A DNA stretch of 64,000 nucleotides, from the NCBI GenBank assembly GCA_964498395.1, contig CAZCHE010000011.1, positions 18,787-82,786 on the forward strand, read 5' to 3'. This DNA comes from an uncultured Parapedobacter sp. (GTDB lineage Bacteria > Bacteroidota > Bacteroidia > Sphingobacteriales > Sphingobacteriaceae). Both the position numbers and the translations under genes were made by a program. Below, piece by piece: positions 52,783-63,300 of this stretch. Within the stretch, counting starts at the first letter, position 1. Each line of letters opens with the position of its first letter. The notes under the pieces are model-generated. The model saw only the letters and a list, made by a program, of their open reading frames with translations. It had not been told where the DNA came from and searched no databases.

Positions 52783-53322
52783 ATGATGAATAGGGAAATT
52801 GAACAGAAATATAATAAGTGGATAGTGGTGCTATCTGTCGCTATCCCGGTAGCGGTGGCCATTTTGTTTGGGGTTAATTTACGTGACCTGGGGTATGATG
52901 TGAAGCCCTTGACGTTCTTGCCGCCGATCTATGCGGCCATCAATGGCGTCACCGCCGTGTTATTGGTTTGGGCGGTTATGGCGATCAAACGCGGTAACCG
53001 TACGTTGCATGAGCGGCTGGTGAAGATTTGTATCGGCTGTTCGGTGGCCTTTTTGGTGATGTACGTGGCCTACCACATGACCTCCGAATCCACGCCCTAT
53101 GGTGGAGAGGGGTTTATCCGTTACGTATACTTTTTTATCTTGATTAGTCATATCCTGCTGTCTATTATCATCATCCCGTTTGTGTTGGTCACCTTTGTCA
53201 GGGGCCTATCCGGCAATTTTGAAAAGCACCGGAAAATTGCGAAGATTACGTTTCCGTTGTGGTTATACGTAGCTGTGACCGGAGTCATCGTGTATTTGAT
53301 GATATCGCCGTATTATGCTTAG
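52783..53322 (+). CDS. DUF420-domain membrane protein
   Basis: 179 aa with four to five TM helices, in the position typical at the end of Bacteroidota cox clusters. Confidence 0.7.
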   Translation: MMNREIEQKYNKWIVVLSVAIPVAVAILFGVNLRDLGYDVKPLTFLPPIYAAINGVTAVLLVWAVMAIKRGNRTLHERLVKICIGCSVAFLVMYVAYHMTSESTPYGGEGFIRYVYFFILISHILLSIIIIPFVLVTFVRGLSGNFEKHRKIAKITFPLWLYVAVTGVIVYLMISPYYA

Positions 53323-53616
53323 CTACCGCAGGGTAGCCGTAGTTAACGTTTGACCTCGATAAACGAACATTATTCTACCTCGCTTCAACTTTTGTGGTGC
53401 ATTGACAGTTTTTGTGCTCCGAAATCCGCCACTACGCCAAGCTGTACTTCCATTCTTCTCTCGACAAATCCGCTCCACCACTTCCTGCACCCGGTAAAGA
53501 AGGGTCTATCGTAATTAATAAGCTAGTCTCGTGAATAAATAACGGCTACTAACTCATGCTATTTTTTGGTATGATATTAGTTATTAATCTTTTACAATAA
53601 ACTAACCGCTGTTATT

Positions 53617-53973
53617 ATGGCATACGACAATAACCTCGCAAACCGCGTCAGGGCATATTTAAGTGCTATCCAGGACATTCAGGTAACCGAGAAGAAAATG
53701 TTTGGCGGATTGGCATTTATGATTAGCGATAAAATGTGTGTCAATGTAGCGGAAGACCAATTGATGTGCCGTTTTGACCCAGAGCGCACGGAAGAATTAT
53801 CAGAAAGAACAGGCTTCTTGCCCATGATCATGAAGGGGAGGGTATATAAGGGGTATTGTTATGTCGAACCAACTGGGTATAATAGCAAAATGGACTTCGA
53901 GTTTTGGATAAATCTTTGTTTGGAATATAATGATCGGGCCAAACCGTCGAAGAAAAAGACTAAAGCGCGATGA
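53617..53973 (+). CDS. TfoX/Sxy N-terminal domain family protein
   Basis: LANRVRAYL...EKKMFGGLAFMISDKMCVNV is the TfoX_N signature. Confidence 0.7.
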   Translation: MAYDNNLANRVRAYLSAIQDIQVTEKKMFGGLAFMISDKMCVNVAEDQLMCRFDPERTEELSERTGFLPMIMKGRVYKGYCYVEPTGYNSKMDFEFWINLCLEYNDRAKPSKKKTKAR

Positions 53974-54093
53974 GCGATTTCGGTAAATCGTGGTCACAAA
54001 TGCTTTTTGCATTCGCTTTTTGTGTAATTTAGCAATTGACAACAAACACATTACCTATAATGATAGATGAATACCATCCAATAAACAATCCTG

Positions 54094-54582
54094 ATGATGA
54101 ACAATATTTTTTTAGGCGCGGCCGTGATGTTCTTCCTGATTTCTTGTACGTCAAACAAACCCCAATCGGCACAGACAAACGCGGATGAAGGAGCAGAAAT
54201 TATGATTCCAGAAAGTGGTTGCTTTGCCTTATTGACAGACAAAGACACCATTTTGTTGAAGATAGAAGTATTCCCTAATGTCGTCACGGGAGTGCTGAAA
54301 TACCAACTTTCGGAAAAGGATAAGAATGAAGGGACCATCGAGGGGAGATTAGAAGGCAATACGGTTTTTGCCGATTATACCTTTTATTCGGAAGGGGTAA
54401 CGTCTGTGCGTGAAGTTGCTTTTCTGTTAAATGGCGACCATGTGATGGAGGGGTTTGGTGATATGGAAGAGCATGACGGAAAAATGGTCTTTAAAGATAA
54501 GGCGCGTATAGATTTTTCAACGGGAATAAGGCTTACACAGATCGACTGCGTGGAAAATGACGAGAAATTCCGAATGAACTAG
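54094..54582 (+). CDS. Hypothetical lipoprotein
   Basis: Lipoprotein signal AAVMFFLISCTSN. I do not recognise any family. Confidence 0.5.
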   Translation: MMNNIFLGAAVMFFLISCTSNKPQSAQTNADEGAEIMIPESGCFALLTDKDTILLKIEVFPNVVTGVLKYQLSEKDKNEGTIEGRLEGNTVFADYTFYSEGVTSVREVAFLLNGDHVMEGFGDMEEHDGKMVFKDKARIDFSTGIRLTQIDCVENDEKFRMN

Positions 54583-54603
54583 GTAAGGAAATGGGATAAT
54601 GGG

Positions 54604-55239
54604 ATGAAGAAAGCGCTAACCCTCGGTATTGCCTTATGTTCGCTATCAGCGGTGATCATCCAGTTTGACTTAATGCTGGCTAACAGCACCCATACTGTTT
54701 TCGAAACGACTGTTCGCTTCTTTAGCTATTTTACCATCTTGACAAATACGCTGGTGGGGGTATATTTTTCATACCTCACCTACCATGTATTTAAACAGGG
54801 TAAGTTTGCCCTGCCGCATGTTGGAACATTGACAGCCATCACCGTTTACATCGTCATTGTCGGGCTCGTGTATCAAGTTTTGTTGCGACACGTGTGGAAC
54901 CCGACAGGATTGCAAAAACTAGTTGATGAAATGCTTCATTCGGTGAATCCTGTCTTAGTGATGGGCTATTGGTTTATATGTAAAGGGGAGCGGGTATTAA
55001 CATATCGCCAAATGGGCGGGTGGTTGGTATACCCGGCGGTATACTTGATCTACGTGTTGATTCGTGGGTATTTTTCCGGTTTTTTTCCTTATCCATTTTT
55101 GGACATACCCACCTTAGGCTTCTCACAGGTTTTGGTCAATAGTATTGGAATGACGTTGTTGTTTATCCTCGTTTCGACATTTTTTATTTGGATGACGAGA
55201 CTGAAAAGCAGATCGGAAAAGACGGTGACCAGTCTGTAA
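54604..55239 (+). CDS. Pr6Pr-family (FAR-17a/AIG1-like) membrane protein
   Basis: FFSYFTILTNTLVGVYF and six TM helices. Confidence 0.6.
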   Translation: MKKALTLGIALCSLSAVIIQFDLMLANSTHTVFETTVRFFSYFTILTNTLVGVYFSYLTYHVFKQGKFALPHVGTLTAITVYIVIVGLVYQVLLRHVWNPTGLQKLVDEMLHSVNPVLVMGYWFICKGERVLTYRQMGGWLVYPAVYLIYVLIRGYFSGFFPYPFLDIPTLGFSQVLVNSIGMTLLFILVSTFFIWMTRLKSRSEKTVTSL

Positions 55240-55465
55240 TAGTTATAACCCTATCTGAAGCCAGTCGCGTTAAACCAATTAACATTGCGCAAAATGCTGG
55301 GTTTTATAGTGACGCTGTTGAAATTATTGACCGATATCGCGCGTTTGCCTTTACGCGGTGATTAGACCAATTATTCCGGTTTACGACTTAAACAAATTGT
55401 TACTTCCTAATCCATTGAAAAGTAACTACATTAGCGACTAATTCAATGGATAAATCAAAAAGCCG

Positions 55466-57844
55466 ATGTACAAAAAATTACTTTTCATAGCGTTTGTGGG
55501 TGCCTGCGTGTCCGCATACGCTCAGCAATCCACCCTCTCCGTAGAGAAAATCATGCAAGACCCAAAATGGATAGGGGTTGCCCCAGATGGTGTTTTTTGG
55601 GGATGGGATAGTGAAAAGCTCTATTTCAATTGGAACCCGCAAGCGGAAGACCTCGCTTCATTGTACAGCATTCTCCCGTCAAACCACACGCCCGAAAAGG
55701 TTGCGGATGCTGAAAGACAACAGTTGATCCGTCAGTATGCTTTTGATAATGGCCGCACCCGCATGGTGTTTGAACGGCAGGGCGATCTCTACCTCCGCGA
55801 ACTGAAATCGGGGAAGGAAGTGCAACTGACCAATACCGTAGCGCGGGAAAGCAATCCACGTTTCAGCCACGATGGCAAGCAGCTCGTGTTCCAACAAGGC
55901 GATAACCTATTCTCGTTATCCTTAGCGAACCACGAGTGGACGCAGTTAAGCAACTTCAGCAGAGAGGGCAATGCCGGTAGGAGGGGGCCAGGCGGGCAGC
56001 TGACCGAACAAAACAAGTGGTTACAACAGGATCAATTGGAGCTTTTCGACATCTTGAAAACACGGAAACAGCAAGACTCGATCCGCAACGCGCAGCAGCG
56101 GCGTAACCAACCGGAGGCTGGGCTAAAGCAAATTTCCGTAGGCGACGAGATGCTGTCCATGCAGCAGTCAAGCCCAGATGGAAGATACATTACGTATCGG
56201 CTCACCAAGCGTGCCGATGGTAACAAGAATACGATTGTGCCGAATTACGTGACAGAATCGGGCTATACGGAAGATATCCCGGCGCGAACAAAAGTAGGAA
56301 ATGCACTGCCCACTTCTAAAACATACATCTATGACCGGCAGCGCGATACCGTGTATGGGGTAGACGTTACTACGCTGCCGGGTATCCGGGATCTGCCCGA
56401 TTTCTGGGAGGACTATCCAGAAGAGAAAGCAGCACTGTTAGCCAAGAATGAAGACCGGCAGGTAACGGTGGGTACAGTAAGCTGGAATGACGCGGGTACA
56501 GCAGCCGTAGTGGTGATAACGGCCGCGGATAATAAAGATCGCTGGATCATGCGCTTGGATGCGGAGACGGGCTCACTGCATTTGGTAGACCGCCATCGGG
56601 ATGAAGCCTGGATTGCTGGTCCGGGTATCGGTGGTGGATGGGGTGGAGGGAATATTGGCTGGGTAGATGAGGCAACCATCTATTTCCAGAGTGAGGCATC
56701 CGGCTATTCGCATCTGTATCTGGCCAATGTCCAAACGGGAGCGAAACAACAGCTTACCGATGGGCAGTGGGAGGTGAGTAACCTGCGGCTATCAGGCGAT
56801 AAGAAGCATTTTTATTTTACCGGCAATATCAAACATCCGGGCATTACGCATTTTTATCGATTGCCGGTCAAAGGCGGTACACCCACTCAACTGACCGACA
56901 TGGATGGTGGGAATGAAACGGTGCTGTCTCCCGATGAGAAATGGTTGGCCATACGGTATTCGTATTCCAATCGGCCATGGGAGCTGTATGTACAGGAAAA
57001 TAAGCCCGGGGCAAAGGCCATCAAAGTAACGGAATCGCTGTCAGACGAGTTTAAGGCCTATAGCTGGCGTGAGCCGGAAGTGATTTCGTTTGAGAATCGA
57101 CATGGTGATCCGGTATACGCAAGGCTGTACCAGCCGGAGAATCCCAAACCCAATAGACCGGCGGTGATCTTCGTGCATGGTGCAGGCTACCTCCAGAATG
57201 TGCACTATTGGTGGAGCCAATATTTCCGGGAGTACATGTTCCATAATCTGCTGGTCGACCTGGGATATACGGTATTGGACATCGACTACACCGGGAGTTC
57301 GGGCTATGGACGAAACCACCGTACGGGTATCTACCGGCACATGGGAGGTAAGGATTTGAGCGATCATACAGATGGAGCAAAGCTATTGGTTGAAAAGTAT
57401 GGGGTAAACCCTAAGAATATCGGCCTCTATGGTGGATCCTATGGGGGTTTCATCACGCTGATGGCTATGTTTAACGAGCCTGATGTTTTTGCCGCAGGGG
57501 GCGCATTACGCTCGGTGACGGATTGGGCACATTATAACCACGGTTATACCGCAAATATCCTCAACGAACCAACGACTGATCCGATTGCCTATAGGCGCTC
57601 TTCGCCTATTTATTTTGCAGAGGGGTTAAAAGGCCATTTATTGATGTGCCATGGGATGGTCGATGTCAATGTGCATTTCCAGGACATCGTGCGGCTGAGC
57701 CAACGGCTCATCGAGCTGGGTAAGGATAACTGGGAGTTGGCCGTGTATCCGGTGGAAGACCATGGCTTCGTCGAGCCCAGTAGCTGGACCGATGAATACA
57801 AACGCATTCTCAAACTATTTGAGGAGCGGTTGACCAATGAATAG
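55466..57844 (+). CDS. S9-family serine peptidase (prolyl oligopeptidase/DPP-type, beta-propeller plus alpha/beta hydrolase)
   Basis: Signal peptide, nucleophile elbow GGSYGGF, later MCHGMVDVNV and EDHGF (Asp/His region), 792 aa. Confidence 0.88.
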   Translation: MYKKLLFIAFVGACVSAYAQQSTLSVEKIMQDPKWIGVAPDGVFWGWDSEKLYFNWNPQAEDLASLYSILPSNHTPEKVADAERQQLIRQYAFDNGRTRMVFERQGDLYLRELKSGKEVQLTNTVARESNPRFSHDGKQLVFQQGDNLFSLSLANHEWTQLSNFSREGNAGRRGPGGQLTEQNKWLQQDQLELFDILKTRKQQDSIRNAQQRRNQPEAGLKQISVGDEMLSMQQSSPDGRYITYRLTKRADGNKNTIVPNYVTESGYTEDIPARTKVGNALPTSKTYIYDRQRDTVYGVDVTTLPGIRDLPDFWEDYPEEKAALLAKNEDRQVTVGTVSWNDAGTAAVVVITAADNKDRWIMRLDAETGSLHLVDRHRDEAWIAGPGIGGGWGGGNIGWVDEATIYFQSEASGYSHLYLANVQTGAKQQLTDGQWEVSNLRLSGDKKHFYFTGNIKHPGITHFYRLPVKGGTPTQLTDMDGGNETVLSPDEKWLAIRYSYSNRPWELYVQENKPGAKAIKVTESLSDEFKAYSWREPEVISFENRHGDPVYARLYQPENPKPNRPAVIFVHGAGYLQNVHYWWSQYFREYMFHNLLVDLGYTVLDIDYTGSSGYGRNHRTGIYRHMGGKDLSDHTDGAKLLVEKYGVNPKNIGLYGGSYGGFITLMAMFNEPDVFAAGGALRSVTDWAHYNHGYTANILNEPTTDPIAYRRSSPIYFAEGLKGHLLMCHGMVDVNVHFQDIVRLSQRLIELGKDNWELAVYPVEDHGFVEPSSWTDEYKRILKLFEERLTNE

Positions 57845-57862
57845 TTAGCCGCAAGCGCTTTT

Positions 57863-59401
57863 TTATCCCACCCAGCTTTCGCGGTCGAGGCTGCGGAACT
57901 GGATGGCTTCGGCGAGGTGCGCCGAGGTAATGGAATCGCTGCCAGCCATGTCGGCAATGGTGCGCGATACACGGAGGATTCGGTCATACGCTCTGGCGGA
58001 AAGGCCGAGGCGCTCCATGGCCGTCTTGAGCAAGGCTTGTCCGGTTTCATCGATTAGGCAAACTTCCCGGACAGTTTTTGGATTCATCTGTGCATTGCAA
58101 TGGATATCGGGAGCTGTGCCGAAACGCTCCGATTGGCGTTGCCTGGCGGTAATTACCCGATCTCTTATGGTTGCACTTTTTTCTACGTGGTGTGATGAGG
58201 ATAGTTCGCCGAATGCTACCGGTGTAACTTCCACATGCAAATCGATGCGGTCTAGCAAGGGGCCTGATATTTTGCTCAGGTACTTCTGTACCATGGCGGG
58301 GCTACAGGAACATTCTTTTTCGGGGTGGTTATGGAACCCGCAGGGGCAGGGGTTCATCGCGGCAATCAGCATGAAGCTAGCGGGGTAATCGACGGAAAAA
58401 CGGGCACGTGATATGGTGATATGACGAGTTTCAAGCGGTTGGCGGAGCACTTCCAGCACCGCGCGCTTGAATTCGGGGAGTTCATCCAAAAACAATACAC
58501 CATGATGCGCCAATGAGATTTCCCCGGGTTGGGGGTTAGCCCCGCCACCGACCAAAGCCACATCGCTGATGGTATGGTGTGGCGATCGGAAAGGCCGCGC
58601 AGTCATCAAGGATTCGGCACTGGCAAGTTTGCCTGCCACGGAGTGTATCTTAGTGGTTTCCAATGATTCATCCAATGTCAACGGAGGCAATATCGTGGGT
58701 AGGCGCTTAGCCAGCATGGTCTTCCCGGCTCCCGGAGGTCCGATCAGAATGACGTTATGCCCGCCTGCGGCAGCGATTTCCAGTGCACGCTTGATGTTTT
58801 CCTGCCCGCGCACGTCGGCAAAATCGCTCTCGTAGCCATTGATGTTTTTCAAGAACTCTTCGTGCACATTGACATATATCGGTTCGGGGGATTCTCTGCC
58901 GGTCAATAACCCAATGACATCGTGGAGATGGTGCACACCATAGATCTGCAATCCGGCTACCACTGCAGCCTCCCGCGCATTTGCCATGGGCAGGATGATG
59001 CCTTTGAACCCATCGCGTTTCGCTTGCACGGCGATAGGTAATGCACCCTTGACGGGCTGGATGCCCCCGTCCAAAGAGAGTTCGCCTAAAATCAGGAAAT
59101 CGTGGAGTAAGGTGGTGTCAATCTGGCCAGAAGAGGCCAATATCGCGATGGCGATGGCCAAGTCATAAGAGGAGCCTTCCTTGCGGATATTGGCCGGAGC
59201 GAGGTTGACGACTATTTTCTGGCGGGGCATTCGGAAACCGGAAGATAACAAAGCGCTTTCAATGCGCCGCAGGCTCTCCTTGACGGCATTGTCGGGCAGG
59301 CCGACGATGTAATAGTGGATTCCGCCTGAGATATTGACCTCTACGGTAATGGTCGTGGCTTCAATGCCCGATACGGCACTGCCAAAAGTCTTCACAAGCA
59401 T
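57863..59401 (-). CDS. YifB/ComM-family Mg-chelatase-like AAA+ ATPase
   Basis: An N-terminal Lon-like domain, GPPGAGKTMLAKR Walker A, LFLDELPEF Walker B, and a C-terminal ChlI-like domain. Confidence 0.92.
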   Translation of the reverse strand: MLVKTFGSAVSGIEATTITVEVNISGGIHYYIVGLPDNAVKESLRRIESALLSSGFRMPRQKIVVNLAPANIRKEGSSYDLAIAIAILASSGQIDTTLLHDFLILGELSLDGGIQPVKGALPIAVQAKRDGFKGIILPMANAREAAVVAGLQIYGVHHLHDVIGLLTGRESPEPIYVNVHEEFLKNINGYESDFADVRGQENIKRALEIAAAGGHNVILIGPPGAGKTMLAKRLPTILPPLTLDESLETTKIHSVAGKLASAESLMTARPFRSPHHTISDVALVGGGANPQPGEISLAHHGVLFLDELPEFKRAVLEVLRQPLETRHITISRARFSVDYPASFMLIAAMNPCPCGFHNHPEKECSCSPAMVQKYLSKISGPLLDRIDLHVEVTPVAFGELSSSHHVEKSATIRDRVITARQRQSERFGTAPDIHCNAQMNPKTVREVCLIDETGQALLKTAMERLGLSARAYDRILRVSRTIADMAGSDSITSAHLAEAIQFRSLDRESWVG

Positions 59402-59512
59402 AGGTAGGTTTTTTCCCTAAAGCTACTAAAAAACTATGGAATAAGCAAAATGGAGGTAAAAACCGCCAAGGATAGTTATAAACGGAAAACCTGAGGGAAT
59501 GAGAATCAGCGG

Positions 59513-60700
59513 TTAATTCTGGTGTTGCTTCTCTTCATACTGCTGCAACGCTTCTTCAGCCACTTCACGTGCGTGGTCACGCAATTGGAAGATTTTCTCT
59601 TGGTCTTCCTCTACGATGAGTGCTTGAGACTGTACAAGGGCTTGGCGCACATCGTATAGCCACAACATCGTATTCATCAGTAACGCAATCAGTCCGATGA
59701 GGATAAGCAATTCAACCGTTCCGATGTGTTGGAAAGATAGCGCAGTAGCAATCATCAGCACATTGAAACTGGAAAGTGCCAATGTGGCTTGGGTATGGGT
59801 CATCCCGGTATCAAGCAATCGATGGTGAAGGTGGTTACGGTCAGCCATGAACGGCGACCGGCCCTGTGCCAAGCGAATCACAATGACGCGAAACGTGTCG
59901 AAAATCGGAACAATGAGAATGGCAATGGCAATAGCAGGTACAGACTGTAGAAACGTGCCTGCAACGGGCGTTAGTTCATGGCTTTTGGTCAATTCGATAA
60001 ATTGAATGGCCAATACCGACACGATGAATCCGATGGTATATGCGCCTGCATCCCCCATGAATATCCTCGCCCGGCCGGCATTGAAACGAAGGAATCCCAA
60101 TACCGCACCCGCCATGCTAACGGATAACAGCGCTAAGCCGTATTCCTGCATTTGGAAAAATATGTAGCCAAACGTAAGGCTTACGATCAGGCTAACACTA
60201 CCCAATAGGCCATTGATACCATCAATCAAATTAAACGCATTGATGATAAATACAATGAGTAAACTGGAGAATGGGTAGCTGATGACCGGATGGATATCGT
60301 GGATGCCAAAGACACCGTAAAAGCTCGTTAACCGAATATCGGCAAAGTAGACAACGATCAACGCCGTGATGGATTGCGCCAGAAACTTCTTGTAGGGGTT
60401 TAAAGCAGCAAGATCGTCTTTAAGGCCCACCAAGAAGATGAGTAGACCCGATGCGAAGATGTAATTGGCGTAGGGCAACACGTTGCCTGAAATCGATAGA
60501 CAGGCCGTAAAGGTAAAGGAAGTCAGTACCGCTATTCCCCCTAAATTAGGTGTCCGGTACTTGTGGATTTTTCGTTCTTCAAGCGCCGGATCATCAAACA
60601 GACGCTTTTGGTAAGCCAGCTTGATCAGCGATGGTATGGCATACAGCGTGATGACGCATGAAAACAAAAACGAAAAAAGTACCAAGTATATGTCTATCAT
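59513..60700 (-). CDS. MraY/WecA-family (GT4) polyprenyl-phosphate N-acetylhexosamine-1-phosphate transferase
   Basis: PNLGGIAV, DDLAALNP, NAFNLIDGINGL and GDAGAY motifs. ATG at 60700 is preferred over the upstream TTG. Confidence 0.88.
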   Translation of the reverse strand: MIDIYLVLFSFLFSCVITLYAIPSLIKLAYQKRLFDDPALEERKIHKYRTPNLGGIAVLTSFTFTACLSISGNVLPYANYIFASGLLIFLVGLKDDLAALNPYKKFLAQSITALIVVYFADIRLTSFYGVFGIHDIHPVISYPFSSLLIVFIINAFNLIDGINGLLGSVSLIVSLTFGYIFFQMQEYGLALLSVSMAGAVLGFLRFNAGRARIFMGDAGAYTIGFIVSVLAIQFIELTKSHELTPVAGTFLQSVPAIAIAILIVPIFDTFRVIVIRLAQGRSPFMADRNHLHHRLLDTGMTHTQATLALSSFNVLMIATALSFQHIGTVELLILIGLIALLMNTMLWLYDVRQALVQSQALIVEEDQEKIFQLRDHAREVAEEALQQYEEKQHQN

Positions 60701-61072
60701 ATATAGAATAGCGTAATAGTACAAGTCTGAAGCGGCAAATATAACGTAAATAAGTTAGCCGCAGCTAAAAATAATTATTATTATGTCATTATAAATGAAC
60801 GATAAACGGGGAGCAATATTTATGCCACGAATAACATAGGCGTAATATCCCGTTGAAAATACCTAGACTTAGGTATGCGGCCAATGGCGGGCGCCGTGCT
60901 AACCCAAGAGAAATGTATCTCACGGGAAGTGTTTTTTTGGTTTTTGGCAAACGATTTGCTGATTTGTTTGTATATTTAACAGGTGACGCTTAATGCAGGT
61001 TACCTAAAATGGACAAAGACACGGGTAAGTAGTGTATTTTTGATTTTTCAATTTAAATTAATTCAATAGGTT

Positions 61073-61342
61073 ATGAATGATAATGCAAAAGTGGTAGCTG
61101 CATTGTTGGCTGGTTTGGCGGCAGGAGCCGCATTGGGAATTTTGTTTGCACCGGAAAAAGGGTCGGAAACACGTGAAAAATTGAACGACTCGTTGAAGGA
61201 TTTGAGTGACGCCTTAAAGGAACGTGCTTCCGAACAAGTAGAGCACCTGAATGATTTTAAAGAAAAAGTAATCGCAGCGGTCAAGACAAAATTGAACAAA
61301 GGCGAGGAGGCTGTGGAGGAGGCGTTAGAAGAGCACGCCTGA
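61073..61342 (+). CDS. YtxH-domain protein
   Basis: AALLAGLAAGAALGILFAPEKGSETREKL is the YtxH signature. Confidence 0.8.
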   Translation: MNDNAKVVAALLAGLAAGAALGILFAPEKGSETREKLNDSLKDLSDALKERASEQVEHLNDFKEKVIAAVKTKLNKGEEAVEEALEEHA

Positions 61343-61481
61343 ATATAGAAAGGGACTTGATCCTAAGCCATACATATGGCATCGCGCGTTGGGATACACG
61401 TTTACTAAGCACCTGATGGTCGTTTCGGGTGCGGTGTATACCCGATTGCCTGTATGATTGATAATACCTTGGCCAATTCAA

Positions 61482-61865
61482 ATGGAGGACAAAAAATTTT
61501 CTGTTAAAGGCGTGTTCCAAAAAAGTAAGGAGTACATCGATACACGCCTAAAACTGATTAGACTTAAGCTGGTCGAGCGGTCGTCGCGATTAATCGCCAG
61601 TCTGATCGTCGATGGCGTAAAAACAATTTTTGCGATCTTTGTGCTTTTTTTCTTCAGCCTGGCCTTGGGTTTTTACCTGAGCGAACTGTTAGGGAGCTCT
61701 TCTCTGGGTTTCCTCGCCACGGGAGGAATATTTGTGTTGTTGATCGTGGTGGTCTCTGTTTTTGAAGAGAAAATCGAGCGGACATTCATGAACCTTTCCA
61801 TTAAACGTTTTTTGCAAAAATGGAATGATGAAATAGACGAAGATGAGAAAGGACAGCAAAATTAA
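61482..61865 (+). CDS. Phage-holin-family (Holin-X/superfamily III-like) membrane protein
   Basis: An amphipathic N-terminus followed by two TM helices, commonly paired with YtxH genes. Confidence 0.5.
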   Translation: MEDKKFSVKGVFQKSKEYIDTRLKLIRLKLVERSSRLIASLIVDGVKTIFAIFVLFFFSLALGFYLSELLGSSSLGFLATGGIFVLLIVVVSVFEEKIERTFMNLSIKRFLQKWNDEIDEDEKGQQN

Positions 61866-62310
61866 GAACCTTGATGACCTGAGGCTGGAGATTTCCCGCC
61901 TTAAGGTCCTTGCGGCTGAGCAAGAAGGTTATCTGAATGATCAATACCAACTGTTTCAAGAAAAAATAGAGGCGCCCGTTAGGTTTATCAAATCTACGCT
62001 TTCGTGGGTGCCGGGGGTAGATGTAGCCAAAAACCTATTTGCCAAAGGTAAAAAGGATGAAGATTGGGTAACCAAGGCATTCCGCATCGGGCTACCCGTG
62101 ATACTCAACCGCTTCTTCCTGCGCAAAGCTGGATTCCTGAAAAGGGCATTGATGACACTGGCGTCCCAGCAGGCGGTGGGTGCGTTGAATAAGGAAAGCG
62201 TTAGCGGGTTAATCTCGAAGATAGCGGGATTCATCAGGCCCGCTAGAAAGGGGAAAAAGAAAACCAAGCATGTCGACTACGGGATCCCCCCGGATAGCGA
62301 AGCGTACTAA
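61843..62310 (+). CDS. Hypothetical protein (coiled-coil N-terminus), third gene of the YtxH cluster
   Basis: The ORF overlaps the previous gene by 23 nt. I do not recognise any family. Confidence 0.45.
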   Translation: MRKDSKIKNLDDLRLEISRLKVLAAEQEGYLNDQYQLFQEKIEAPVRFIKSTLSWVPGVDVAKNLFAKGKKDEDWVTKAFRIGLPVILNRFFLRKAGFLKRALMTLASQQAVGALNKESVSGLISKIAGFIRPARKGKKKTKHVDYGIPPDSEAY

Positions 62311-63239
62311 TCCAAATGTTTATCCAAAAAATCCCGATAAGCCAGCTTGATGCCGGCTTCGAGTGCTGTGGTGTGGTGCCATCCCATGGCGTGTAACTTC
62401 GAGACATCCATTAATTTTCGTGGCGTACCATCTGGTTTGGCGGGGTCAAATTGCACTTCACCTTTATAGCCCACCACCTGCTTGATGAGCAAAGCCAATT
62501 CGTTAATACTGAGGTCTTCACCTGTTCCGATATTGATGAGTTCGGGGGAGTCGTAGTGTTCCATTAAGAATGCGCAAGCATCCGCTAAATCGTCGGCATA
62601 CAGAAATTCGCGTTTGGGCGTACCCGTACCCCAAATCGTGACCTCGGGTTTTCCAGAGACCTTGGCCTCGTGGAAACGGCGGATCAGGGCAGGCAATACA
62701 TGCGAGTGCTCCGGGTGATAATTGTCATTGATGCCATACAGGTTGGTCGGCATGACCGATATGAAATGGCACCCATACTGCGCACGGTAGGCTTCGCAAA
62801 GTTTGATGCCGGCTATTTTGGCGATGGCGTAGGGCTCGTTGGTAGGTTCAAGTAATCCAGTAAGGAGGTAATCTTCCTTGATGGGCTGTGGGGCGAGTTT
62901 GGGATAAATACAGCTTGACCCTAGAAAAAGCAGTTTTTTTACGCCGTGCAGGTAGGATTGATGGACGACATGGTTCTGTATCGCGAGGTTTTCATATAGG
63001 AAATCTGCACGGAAGGTGTTGTTGGCCATGATGCCGCCTACTTTGGCAGCGGCCAGGAATACGTACTCCGGTTTTTCAGCAGCAAAAAAATCGGCTACCG
63101 CTTGTTGGTTGCGCAAATCCAATTCATCGGAAGTACGCAATACGAAATTACTGAACCCCAATCCGATGAGTTTACGGTGGATAGCCGACCCCACCATCCC
63201 GCGATGCCCGGCAATGTATATTTTTGCTTTTTTTTCCAC
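62307..63239 (-). CDS. fcl: GDP-L-fucose synthase
   Basis: [20 protein letters not shown] (YxxxK), and high overall similarity to WcaG/Fcl as recalled. 310 aa. Confidence 0.92.
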   Translation of the reverse strand: MEKKAKIYIAGHRGMVGSAIHRKLIGLGFSNFVLRTSDELDLRNQQAVADFFAAEKPEYVFLAAAKVGGIMANNTFRADFLYENLAIQNHVVHQSYLHGVKKLLFLGSSCIYPKLAPQPIKEDYLLTGLLEPTNEPYAIAKIAGIKLCEAYRAQYGCHFISVMPTNLYGINDNYHPEHSHVLPALIRRFHEAKVSGKPEVTIWGTGTPKREFLYADDLADACAFLMEHYDSPELINIGTGEDLSINELALLIKQVVGYKGEVQFDPAKPDGTPRKLMDVSKLHAMGWHHTTALEAGIKLAYRDFLDKHLD

Positions 63240-63245
63240 GAAGAC

Positions 63246-63278
63246 TTGATTTGGAATGCAAAGATAAGGTTATTTTTG
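63246..63278 (+). promoter_or_regulatory. Candidate promoter for trmB
   Basis: TTG at 63251-63253 and TATTTTTG (TAnnTTTG) at 63271-63278, 23 nt upstream of the ATG. Confidence 0.35.
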
Positions 63279-63300
63279 CCGAGCTCATTAAAATCGCGCC

